Shown piece by piece: positions 42,131 through 55,510 of a DNA stretch of 64,000 bases. The notes under the pieces were generated by a model. It had not been told where the DNA came from and did not search any database. It worked only from the letters and a program-made list of their open reading frames with translations. The stretch is from NCBI GenBank assembly GCA_964016885.1, contig OZ024742.1:280302001-280366000 (forward strand), written 5' to 3'. The stretch is from Eledone cirrhosa. Its lineage: Eukaryota. Both the position numbers and the translations under genes were made by a program. Positions within the stretch are counted from its first letter, which is position 1, and each line of letters starts with the position of its first letter.

Positions 42131-42694
42131 TTATTCCTATCTATCTATCTATTTATATATCTAACTATTTCTCTTTCCCCCTTCTCTCAATCTATGTAGC
42201 TATCTATCTATCGATATATGCATACATACATGCATGTGTGTGTGTCTGTGTGCATGCGTGCATGTGTTTATGCTATATATATTATATAGAGATATGTGAA
42301 TTTACTTAAGCCACAGTAACAATGGAAAAAATCAACTATTTTGGAATATTGAACAAAGAAAAAATGTGACTATAATGAGAAATAACAATTAAATGAAAAA
42401 ATAAAAATGAATTAAAACTGAAATCAACAAATATTTATAAATAGGAAATATTACCCTAGGCGAGTGAGATAAAGACAGAAGATGGGAAAAGAGAAAGGGT
42501 GGCAGGGAGAAGAGTAGAAAGAGAATGAGTATAGATCTTATGAAAACAACATAATCCTGCACTTAATTAAAACATATATTACTAAAATTGAAATTGATGC
42601 AATACATACTTTCAATCACACATACACACACACATGTACGTACACATACACACATACATACACGCACACACCCAGACATACATATGTATTTATT

Positions 42695-42734
<40 letters not shown>

Positions 42735-42875
42735 CATATATATATATATACACATATATATGTATATATATACATATATACATACACATGTACACACATA
42801 TATATATATACATATATATACGTACATACATACGTACGTACATACATACACATACAGACAGATACATCACCCCCC

Positions 42876-42931
<56 letters not shown>

Positions 42932-43544
42932 ATGCCAAATAAGAAATACTTCATGAAAAAAGAGCAGCAACAAAAACAGGAATAATATAATTATAATACG
43001 AAGTGATAACTAGGATACCAGTTTCTAAAATTAGAACCAATGAAGTCTACGAAAATAACCTCAAACAAATACAATTATGGCAACAATAGCAAAACAACAA
43101 TAGCATCAATAGCATTAACATCAACATGAATTTCAATAATAGCAACAATAACAATAACAAAAATTGCAACGATAAAAATAAATTGAGAATATGTGAAATT
43201 GTTGCAAGTATTAAGAAATATATATATACATTAACAACATTACGATAAAGATTCTATTGTTTGAAAATAGACTAACAACAGTAGGAACTATAATGGTTTT
43301 CAATTTAGGTACAAGGTTAGCAACTTTAGGGAGGGGATAGATGATTAAATCGACACCAAATTTTCATTGGTACTTAATTGGTACTCGCCCAACGTTGAAG
43401 GGTAATTCAATTTAGCATTTATTTATATCGAGTAGCTTATTTACATTTTCATAAATGGATAGACATCAAGCATTGTTTTACTGGTGCATATTGATTGACA
43501 CACAAACACACGCGTACACATACGCGCACGCGCACACATACGCG

Positions 43545-43634
<90 letters not shown>

Positions 43635-43652
43635 CATACACACACACACACG

Positions 43653-43694
<42 letters not shown>

Positions 43695-43840
43695 AACCAA
43701 GATGGCTAGTATAAACTGAGCATCCTTCGTCCAGCATCTAGCTTACTCAACAAATCTAGTAAATTGCAGTTATGCAGCTGCAAACACCTGTTCGGAATGC
43801 ACACATTTAGATTTACTGTAGTGCCTTGGGGGCTGTGTCT

Positions 43841-43892
<52 letters not shown>

Positions 43893-44258
43893 TATAGAGT
43901 AAAGCATGTCCAGAGAATTATTTGATAATATATATACCTCATCTCTACTTAATTTATTAATTCTCCGTTGAGCCACATCGTGAAAAGTTGCAAAAACACA
44001 TATATACCTGTGATTTTGTTTCATTGGTGTATGTGTAAATATTTATATTATATATATATATTTATATATATATATATATATATATAATAAAGAATTTATA
44101 TCTAGTAACATATATATACATACAAATGCATATCGATGCTAGCAAATATATAGGTTTTGTCTTAATAACATTGTGGGTCAATGCATGGGGTTGCAGAACA
44201 ATAATATAAGAGACGTAAGATAAGAAAATTATAAAATTAACTTACTTACTAAAATATC

Positions 44259-44340
44259 ACTTCCAACTAATTAGTTTCTGGAATGGAGTAGATACATCTT
44301 CCGAAGAAGGTGTTGAGAAACATCCCGTCATCAGGAAAGT
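44259..44340 (-). ncRNA. Type I hammerhead-like motif, family C
   Basis: Exact reverse complement of 45023-45104. Confidence 0.75.
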
Positions 44341-45022
44341 CTATTCTCATATAAGTTTCCAGGCAAAGCGAGGACTCTGGAAGCTTATTAAAAAATAAAT
44401 CAGTGAATAGGAAATAGCAAAGCGTGGACTTATTCCTAGCCATTGAGAAAATCACTGCCTCTGTGTCTGTGGCAAATTCAAAAAGAATCGAACACGTGAC
44501 ATCGAGGTCAATCGGTGGAAAGTGGGTTGTTAATAAGACAGCGGCCAGCCTACTACCGTAGCAGCAGTCATGGCCAGTATTGCTCGACAAATATTTTGGA
44601 GATAATAATAAAGAATTTATATCTAGTAACATATATATACATACAAATGCATATCGATGCTAGCAAATATATAGGTTTTGTCTTAATAACATTGTGGTTC
44701 AATGCAGAAACTAATTAGTTGGAAGTGATATTTTAGTAAGTAAGTTAATTTTATAATTTTCTTATCTTACGTCTCTTATATTATTGTTCTGCAACCCCAT
44801 GCATTGAACCCAATGCATTGAACCCCATGCATTGAACCACTTTCCACCGATTGACCTCGATGTCACGTGTTCGATTCTTTTTGAATTTGCCACAGACACA
44901 GAGGCAGTGATTTTCTCAATGGCTAGGAAGTAAGTCCACGCTTTGCTATTTCCTATTCACTGATTTATTTTTTAATAAGCTTCCAGAGTCCTCGCTTTGC
45001 CTGGAAACTTATATGAGAATAG

Positions 45023-45104
45023 ACTTTCCTGATGACGGGATGTTTCTCAACACCTTCTTCGGAAGATGTATCTACTCCATTCCAGAAACTAATTAGTTGG
45101 AAGT
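45023..45104 (+). ncRNA. Type I hammerhead-like motif, family C
   Basis: ACTTTC-CTGATGA-cGGGATG..CTTC-TTCG-GAAG..CATTCCa-GAAA-CTAATTAG-TT-GGAAGT. Confidence 0.78.
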
Positions 45105-45152
45105 GATATTTTAGTAAGTAAGTTAATTTTATAATTTTCTTATCTTACGTCT

Positions 45153-45205
<53 letters not shown>

Positions 45206-45967
45206 TGAGGACGGGTTAAATACAGAGAGAGAGAGGGAGAGAAAGAGAGAGGGGAGAGACAGTTGGGGAAAGAGGATTAATTAAAGTACTCTACACGATT
45301 CGATATAATTGTAAGCGTTTGCCTCATGTGATACTCACAATGGTTACGAAGGTGGCTATGAACAAATTCGAAGAACGATGAATTCGAACTGGATCCGAAT
45401 TTCTAGAATATACCAGGAATTAATAAGACACGTAATGATAACGGGTACCAAATCGGTGGAAACGTAGCCTCGATGTAATTATTATGATGCGAAAGCAAAA
45501 TGATTAGTTCAAGACACTAAACAATAGACTAAACACCTACAGAAAGGAGATATATCGATCGTCAGACTGGATCAAGGAATCAATGTTTCAATTGGGCATT
45601 ACAATGCTGATACTACCTGTCGCTCGCAACACTGGCAGAAGATGCAGCATGGAATAAAATAATTAACTGAAGAACATCTCTCACTGCCCAGTAAAGGAAT
45701 CGAACATATGATGTTAGAATAGGAAGGCCAACACTATAATCTCTATGCCACAAACATTAACCCAAAATATTATTCCAAAATTCACAATCATATTAACAAT
45801 CACTTACGCCAGCTTTTAAACATTTAATTCATTTAATTAGTGTAAAGTTTACAATAACTGGTCGAGAAACGATTTATAGCATGCAATCGACTCTAGAAAA
45901 TTAATAATATATATATATGGATATACATATTCATATATATATATATGGTATGGTGGGAAAATATATA

Positions 45968-47582
45968 TATGGTATGGTGGGACAATAAACTTATGAAACA
46001 ATTAGAAGACAACAATCTCTTAACCCTGATTATGTACTCCGGCTACGTTGATGATATAAACATCGTAGTAAAAACACCCCCACTAGAGAAGAGACAGGAA
46101 CTAGAGAAGACAGCATGGAAAGCATCCAGCAAATAGCTAACTCCATCCACCAGTGTATCAAAGTTACTATAGACTACCCAAGCAAACACCCCAACCAACG
46201 ATTACTTGTACTAGACACAGATCTCTGGTTAGAAACCATCAATAACAAAAAACAAGTCCTCCATTCCCATTATGCCAAACCCATGTCTTCCAAATAATTG
46301 ATCCACCGAAACTCAGCTGTTTCGGATGACACCAAAATCAACATACTGATTGCGGATTTAGTAAGGGTGATGAGAAACGTGTCCCGCATGTCCAACCCCA
46401 AAGAATTAGTGACACACTTCATCCACCGTATGCAGTTCTCTGGCTACAATCAGAAAGATAAAATCAGAGTATATAGAGAAGCCAGGACCGAATGGGAAAA
46501 AATGGTGAATAATGATACAAATGGGACCTGCCCCTTGCATAGGAGCAAATTTTGGAATAGAATAGAAAGAATTAGGCATACGGTTAATAAAATAAACTCA
46601 TGGTATGTTAGCAATAAATACCAGAGTGTAATGTTCATCAATACAACCCATGGAGGTGAACTAGCATACACATTTAGAAGGGCCCTATATAAACTTAAAC
46701 TAAATATTAAGATAGGGGAAAGACCAGGTACCTCCATAAAAAACTAATCAGTAATACATACCCTTTTCAAAGACCTCCCTCCATAGATAGGAAATGCATC
46801 ATCTGTAAGCTAAGTCCCGTATTAACTGTAAAACTAGAAACATAGTATATAGCATAAGCTGTACTGAGGGACAGTGTAAACATATGAATATAATGTACAT
46901 AGGTGACACAGCTCGTAGCATAGGAGTATGATTAAGTGAACAATGGCGAGAACTCCAAGATAGTAAATACTCATCAATACTCCACCAACATGCTAAAATA
47001 GAACATGAGGGCAAATTAGAGAACATAGAGATAAAAATAGAATCTACACACAGAAAAGACGCAATGCTTAGACAAATCACAAAGGCAATAAACATAAATG
47101 AACTCCAACCAAAATTAAATAGAAAACATGAATGGAATAGCAACATCACAACTTATTATTAAGGACAAAATGAAAACACACACACACATAGAACAAACAA
47201 CTAACTAGTAACATGTAAATAAACAAATACATAAACACATAAAAACACACACAGACACCCGGATGTAACAAACTAAGAACAAAACATACACAAAAACAAG
47301 ATGGCGTAGGACAGAACATAGGAGAGGCACAAAGAAAATAATCCCCAGTCATTGAAGAGGTCACATAATGTGTGACGAAAGAACTTTGACAATATATGAA
47401 CAACCATCTGGTTGTGGAACCAACCAACCGAAACTGTATAAAATTTATAAAATTTATAATAAATTAAAGTGAAACACTGGTGCATGCGTTTCTTATTGGC
47501 AACTTGACCCTCCCAAAATATAACAATATCGGTTTCAACACACGTTTTCAGATAAAGAATCTTGCTAAACAAATTCAGAAAC

Positions 47583-47590
<8 letters not shown>
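45968..47590 (+). mobile_element. 5'-truncated Penelope-like element (RT C-terminal half + GIY-YIG + 3' pLTR), decayed
   Basis: YSGYVDDINIV, IKVTIDYPS..LLVLD, HSHYAKPMSS, NIVYSISC..C..MYIGDTARS and LNRKHEW; both ends lie in (TA)n. Confidence 0.85.
47348..47390 (+). ncRNA. Degenerate minimal hammerhead-like motif, family D, in the PLE 3' pLTR
   Basis: GTCA-TTGAAGA-g-GTCACA-taatg-TGTGAC-GAAA-GAAC-TT-TGAC; perfect stems I and II, with C3 replaced by T. Confidence 0.55.
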
Positions 47591-47623
<33 letters not shown>

Positions 47624-47993
47624 TATAAAGAAACGATACTGTCGAAGAGGACATATACACAGTCGGTCATTTTCCCACTCACTCAATAATTTAGTTTAAT
47701 CAACGTATCAAGACACCAACCCAAGTTTTAGACGTTAAATAGTGAGCAAAAGGATTTCGTATCGGTAGAAAACTTGATTTTCCGGCTCCGTATCAATGAA
47801 TTAGTTTCTGCAACTGCCACTGCTAGCGGAGTCTAAAAGGACGTACCATACACAGAAGCTAGGTAAAGCTATGAAGCATTACGTAAATGGCTATAACTTG
47901 CTTTATCAATGGGAAATTAGTGCCACTGGAACATTTCAGCTATCAATCCACTGCTCCGATGTATTTCCCCCATTAGTTTAACTCATGCAGAAA

Positions 47994-48182
47994 AATAACT
48001 TTTTCTACCTTTGGCACAAGGCCAGAAAATACCCAGTGCATAACTGGTACTTTATTTTATCGACCCCGTAAGGATGAAACGCAAAGTTAACCTCGGCGGG
48101 ATTTGAACTCAGAATGGCAAGGGCCGTAACTCTATGAGTCAAAGCATGGTTTCCGACTCTCTACCGATACTGCCAATCACCA
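47994..48182 (-). mobile_element. SINE family 1
   Basis: Reverse complement of consensus. Confidence 0.88.
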
Positions 48183-48534
48183 TATTTACCTGTTAGTAAA
48201 CGGAATTTGTGTGTGCGTACGTGCGTTGTTGTATATGTGTGTGGGTGCGTGCGTGCGTGTGTCTGTGTGTGTGCATGAATATGTATGGATATGCGTATGT
48301 GCATGGGTATATTGAATATCTGTGCGTGCACATGCATATGTGTGTATTATATGCCAATGTGCGAGAGTATATGTATGTGAGCATGCAAATGCACGTAAGC
48401 TTACATGTGTACATGCATGCACGTACATGCGTATATGTATACATGTTTTTATACACTATACCCTCGCTTACGCGTGCTTCTATATTGACCAACACATACT
48501 TATGTACGAGCCTTGTTCCTAAATCAGAAATCAT

Positions 48535-48727
48535 TGGTGGATTGGCAGTATCGGTAGAGGATCAGACGCCATGTTTTCCAGCATTGAGTTAATGTCCCTT
48601 GCCATTCTGAGTTCAAATCGCGCCGGGGTTAACTTTGCCTTTCATCCTTATGGGGTCCATATAATAAAGCACCAGTAATACACTGGGATAATTGCTGGCC
48701 TTGTGCCAAAAGTAGAAAAAATTATTA
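48535..48727 (+). mobile_element. SINE family 1
   Basis: Consensus match. Confidence 0.88.
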
Positions 48728-49023
48728 TTACATTTACTAACAATGAATACATTCAGTTTTGTTTATTTAATCATTTAACTTTTATTCACATCATTTTCCA
48801 TATATGGAAGCTGGAGATCTTTCAGCTATTCTAAAAAGCTTTTAATCTCCTGATTTTTTCATTGTAAAATGTGTTTTTTTTCATAGCAATAAATTGTTCT
48901 TCTCGCTCCACATATTGACGGAATTATTTACAGTTTGATTTTTCTCAGGTTCAGAAGATCCCGTATATGGTTATGGTGAAAGCATGTATTCTTTGCTTAA
49001 ACTCTACAAGTAGTGAACTAATA

Positions 49024-49066
<43 letters not shown>

Positions 49067-49626
49067 TAACACTGGAAGATAATATCCGTAGTGGTAGAGC
49101 ACTCAGTCGATGGGACGAGTTAGGTAGAAGTGGTTACACAACAGTTAGTTCACCATACCGAGAACAATTCTTTCACCTTAGCACATCCTCAGCTGGTAAT
49201 GGACATCGTTATACGGAACAGGAAGGACAACCGTACGAACGCGCATGCGCAGAAACGATCCCTTCACAGAGGCAATACTGAATTGCATACGAGAGGTGTA
49301 CGGGAGATAACTGCGAAAGTCCGAAAAATGTCTAGTTTATAAGAAAATTAGGATTGTGTTGTAATTCAATCCGGAGCTTTGTAGTTATGTAACAGGTGTT
49401 TCCAGACGTGTGGGCAACGTGTGTCGAATTCATTTCTCGTGTTTAGGCAATCACTATTGCGTAATCTCTTTACAATAGTTATTCGTTCATCAATACATAG
49501 TCCACACGACGGCTTGCCCCATGCGTATGGCTTGGACTTAGTGATGGATTTCCATTGAATGGAGTAGTCTATACTTGAGTCCTTGAGGGACCATACGAGG
49601 CTAGCGAGTTTCGTGGATTCTTCCTT

Positions 49627-50026
<400 letters not shown>

Positions 50027-50200
50027 GCTTACGCTCTGCTAACTCTCTCGCCCACTAAATATTAACACTTCTAAAATGTTTATAATGCCGGCACTAGTAT
50101 TGAGCACTTTTTGCATACGCTATTTGGCAAATAACTACATGTCTCACCTATCCTTCCTTTTCTTCTCTCTCTCGATACGCAAATACTTTATTATATATAA

Positions 50201-50262
<62 letters not shown>

Positions 50263-50312
50263 ATATATTTATATTTATATATATACAGTATATGTGTAGT
50301 TAAAAATATTTT

Positions 50313-50474
<162 letters not shown>

Positions 50475-50947
50475 CATAATCCATAATGGCGATACCTAGA
50501 GAGGCATAGGCACAGCCAAAGTCCAGCGTTGATTTCAATATTATCTGTATACCCGTTCAAATTTGTGAAAATCTGTGAGGTCTTGTGTTTATATCAGGAA
50601 CGATATTTTTCTCTAAATTATGAAAAAAATGTTCTTTTCTTTGATTGAAACTGTTCAAATCCAAAGGGAAATTAGAGAGAAAGTGAAAATTTCAAAACTA
50701 AATGGAATTCGTCGAGAAAATCTGAATTTATAATTGATTTTACATTAAAAAAATATCAAGAAACAATGATTGACAGCATGGGTATATCATAATAATTACA
50801 TTATTCTGTATATCTCACTTGATTGAATACTATAGTTTTGAATTGTCTTTTCTATAAGAAAAAATATACATTTTCAATACTACTTGAAGAATTCACTTAT
50901 CTCAAGACAGAAACTTTTTATTGAAAATCTCAGAGCCGCATGAAGCT

Positions 50948-51001
<54 letters not shown>

Positions 51002-51762
51002 CAGCGAGAATCGTATTTCGGCTGGTAGAAAAAGCGAAACGAAACGCAAAATCGTAGAAATGGTGGCAAGCGCTCAATAGTTAAAAAACCAGAGCTAAAC
51101 AATATGTTAAAACCCCATACAAACTGAAAAAGTGGTTAAGAAGGCATTAACCACCTAAGCCAAAAGACAAATCAAGCTAAACAGGTCAAACAAAATAAAT
51201 GATAAAAACCTGGACCCAATGGAACTGGTGGCAAAATCCAAATGCAGGGTTTCTATGACACCTAAATCAATAATACTATTCTGCTTAAAACTATATGCTT
51301 TCAGCATAAAGCTCGAACAAGGAATATCACGTTATCAACAGGTAATTCTACTCTGTAACCAACTTTGCGAGTGACGTAGAGCATAGTACACGCACATGCG
51401 TAAGTCACAAGGGGAAATTCCCTATATTTTGGCAAAGGATATATATATATATTATATTGCATTTGACAAAGGTTATATTTGTAAAGCTAACGTTGTCTAA
51501 CATAGAACCAAATACAAGGTCATGCATTTGGGGCTACAATAATGGCTTCTAATATTGACACACGCACACACATTTCGGGGGAAAGGATTCAATACTTTAC
51601 TGGTACTTCATCAAAAGGATGAAACTCAAAAGTGTTCTCAGAAAGTAAAGTAACGTAAATTTGGGCTAATATAATTAAAACAATTCTTCTCGATTGGAAA
51701 ATAAGGTTTCAATGCCATTCAAACAGGCCGTTAGCAACGCTCTATACATTGCCATATGTGAG

Positions 51763-51941
51763 ATAATTGTTTCTACTCTTGGCACAAGGCCAGCAATAAC
51801 CAGTACATTACGGGTACTTTATTTTATCGACCCCATAAGGATGAAAGGCAAAGTTAACCTCGGCGGGATATGAACTCAGAATGACAAGGGCCGTAACTCT
51901 ATGCGTCAAAGCATGGCGTCCAACCCCCTGCCGATACTGCC
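51763..51941 (-). mobile_element. SINE family 1
   Basis: Reverse complement of consensus. Confidence 0.88.
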
Positions 51942-52430
51942 TTAACAATTCATTGCACATTGTTTCATGAATAGTCCTTTTTAACAATTCATTGTACATG
52001 GCACTATGTAAGACGTTCTTCAAAAAGTCTGTATATCCCTCGATGTTAGATGCTCTTTAAATACTCTCTGTACATTATTCCATGTATGATAGCCTTTAGC
52101 GAGTCCTATTTAAGTGAATGTTTAACAACTGTTTTCACATTGCCTTATGTGCCTTTAGCGAGTATCTGCACTCTTAATCCCCGCGTAAGATGATAATTAA
52201 CATGTATCTGTACATTTCCCCATAAAAAGAATGGTTAACATCTCTTTGAACATCCCCTATGTAAGATAGTGTTTAATATCACTCTGTATATGACCCAATT
52301 TAAGATGATCTTTAGGAACCTAACTGTACATTGAACCATGTAAAATACTCTTAACCAATTCGCCTTACCTTGTCTTATGTAAGAAGTGTTTTAAGCAACA
52401 CTCTGTATCTTATTTCATCCAAGATACATT
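51942..52430. repeat. Ancient degenerate ~39 bp minisatellite, about 12-13 units
   Basis: Recurring tttaaca..ctctgtacat..ccatgtaagat motif at roughly 39 bp spacing. Confidence 0.65.
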
Positions 52431-54286
52431 TATCTCCTCTCATTTTCAACTGTACTAAACTAGGCGTAATGTAGCTGTCCAGATTTTCACTTTCCGTAGC
52501 TTTCATATAAATATTACTTTTGGTATAATGTTCTGGTATATTCTCAGCGTTTGTCCTAACCATCTGAGCTACAATTGTTGTATTTCAAGGACCACACTAT
52601 TGTAACAGGTAATATGGTACAGCTCCACATTCGACACTTTGTAGGTACACAGTATGCGGCAAATTTTATTCAGGTATTTTCAGATAGTTTCAAGTAGATA
52701 TCTCTGTTTATGACTTGCCAACACTCTAAACAATGGATTAGAACTGACTCAACAATAAATTATAGTGCTGAAGCTTAGTTTTAGACGGTCTCGTCTAAGT
52801 TTCCATATTGACTGAATTCTTGCGAATGCCTCATGAATTTTGGTAAAATGTGATTGATTGCATGTTCTTAATATTCTACTCCGTTGATTCTGCTGAGCAG
52901 ACTTATTAAGTATATAATATCCTTCACATAGAATAGCGATATTGCTGTTACATAGTACAATAGAGTATTATTTCACTTCTAGAATGCCTGACATTTTGCT
53001 GGCGCCCTGCAAGTTTTGGTAAACCTTGCTCAGATATCCAGTTTGGTTCAGTTAACATTGCAGAAAAAACATGCTAGTTACTTACCATCCACTACATATA
53101 ATAGCACCTCGATATTTGTAGTGATAGACGAAGTGGTGTTAGCGTTCATGCACCTAACTACGCAAAGCTAACTTTTACTTAATATAAAACATAAAATCAT
53201 TTGATAAAGAACCAGAAAAACATAGTCTAGTAGAAGGTTTTAGATTGCAAGACGGTATAATTGAATATTTTAGCGTTAATGTCTCGTAAGAAATGATATG
53301 TTTAATATTACTGTTAGTCTACGTGTAAGGTATATTGCAACAGAATAAATTGCTTGTTTGGGAGACATTATAATCATATTTTCTGTTAATTATTGAGAAA
53401 TTGTGCAATGTTGCTGTAATCTGAATGATAGAATTATCCATTATTTTGTACTTAAAGGGACAAAACTAATCATATAATCAAAATTAGCATTTTCTATAGC
53501 AATTTAGACAGCGGAATAACATTGTCAATTTTCTATAGATATAATCAGGTTTGTACGCATTCAAAGACACATATACCACTTATAGATACATAAGAATGTC
53601 TGTAAAATGTATATATATATAGGTATGTATGTGATTACATATTTAATATATACATATATATCATATATGTATATACACACATATACATATATACATATGT
53701 AGGTAGAAATATATTAATACATATATATATATATGCAGACAAAGAAGAAGAAGAAGAAGAAGAAGAAGAAGAAGAAGAAGAAGAAGAAGAAGAAGAAGAA
53801 GAAGAAGAAGAAGAAGAAGAAGAAGAAGAAGAAAACGACGACGATGACGACGACGACAACACCGACAACTAAACGACGACACAAAAACATCATATATATA
53901 TGATGTTAATTTTGAGATTGACGATATAGGGCATTATATATAACAAGAAACATTCAGTTTCTGTGCCATTTTCATATCCTGAAGATTTTCTATCACAGTA
54001 AAGCGCTAATACAATGACCACTGCTTAATGAGGGTGTTGGGCTCCTCCTGTCTGTATTTCTAAATTAATTGAAGCACATTCAATATACGTCTAGAGAAAT
54101 ATAGTCACGAAAGGAATTAGGCGGTATCATCTTCTCCGGTTTTGGAACGAAAGTGCCGTGAAAGCCATGTAGATTCTCGATTGAATTCAAGTAAATATTT
54201 GTACGAAATATTCTTCCTTCAGCTAATCTCACGTGATGACGTTTTTCACCGATGTGACGTTGATATGTTTCATGAATATCAATCTA

Positions 54287-54473
54287 CAGGGCGGTCCGAA
54301 AGTCTTGTTACCCCTACATATTGTTTTAACTTTCATGATTTATTTTTATTAACATCATATATAATATCATTAAATATAATATATAATAATGTTAATCGTT
54401 TAAGCCAACATTCGCCAACAAACTAAGCGATAACGACATGCACAAAGGGTTACAAGACTTTCGGACCACCCTG
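54287..54473. mobile_element. Tc1/mariner-type MITE, 187 bp
   Basis: TIRs CAGGGCGGTCCGAAAGTCTTGTTACCC / GGGTTACAAGACTTTCGGACCACCCTG with TA on both sides. Confidence 0.88.
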
Positions 54474-55510
54474 TATATTTGCTTTCACCAAACACACTGT
54501 ATCCTTTTTCTGATGAGATGTATAAATATATATTTGTTATATGTATGTATGTTCTGGTTATATTATTTTATAATTTTTCCCCATTAGAGAGAGAGATAGA
54601 GAGCCGGTTTTTAACATAGAAACAAGGAACTTTCACTGGAATTTAGACAACATCAACTTCGTAAATGTATGTTCTTGTGTGTGTGAATGTGCAGTTATGG
54701 ATGCTATTGCAGGCCAGCATCTGTATGTTTTGCTTTATATTTGTACACGCGTATATGTTTTTGTATCCATAACAGTGTATATGTAGTTATTATATGCTAA
54801 ATTTCTGAAATGTTTTACATTAATATTACTTTTCTTCTAATGTACTGTACTTGCAGCTTCCTAACTATACCTGGTCTCTCTGGTTGTGAAGCCCAGCTTC
54901 TCAAAATTTGACCAAGGCAGTTAGTAACATATAGTAGAGTCCAAATAATCACAAGTACACATTTAAAGTTATAGACAAGGTGGAGTATCTGCAGATTCCT
55001 CATTAATTCAGCATGAATGTTTTTCTTTTCACTCTTCTTTAGCATTATATTGACATCTGCTGATTATATTGACATCTGATTTTCCCTACTATGCATGCCG
55101 TCTTTTCTATGATTTACATCACTGTCTGGTGTTTTATTTGGCATATTTTATTAGGATATTGACTGGAACATTCCCCCAGTAATCTTTCGTATTCTGTAGG
55201 TATTCATATACTGTGAGCATCACTAACATTCTTTATGTTTATTCTCATGCCTTTACTTTCAACGGATTACATTTCATAGAGTTTTAACCAAAATATCATG
55301 CCTCAAGTTTAGATATTATCGTGATGAAATCTCTGGGAAGCTGCTTCGGATGACGGTGACACCCTCCATGTTTATTCAGAAGTCTGCATCTGTTCTCACG
55401 GCTACGTTTTTGCCTTCATTTCTCTCTCGTTTATTCATCAAGTATTTCGTTGTTATTACCTCATGTATGTATGTATGTATGTATGTTTGTATGTATGTAT
55501 GTATGTATGT

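Larger units (their letters stand above)
44085..45157. mobile_element. Non-coding PLE pLTR/retrozyme-like element: 521 bp unit with ~100 bp direct repeat plus two inverted partial copies
   Basis: 44085-44185 repeats at 44606-44706; 44705-44811 and 44838-45157 are reverse complements of internal segments; (TA)n lies on both sides. Confidence 0.8.

Noticed and set aside
51942-52430. CRISPR-like array
   Set aside because: Units are uniformly degenerate with no constant repeat and unique spacer pattern, and the context is eukaryotic
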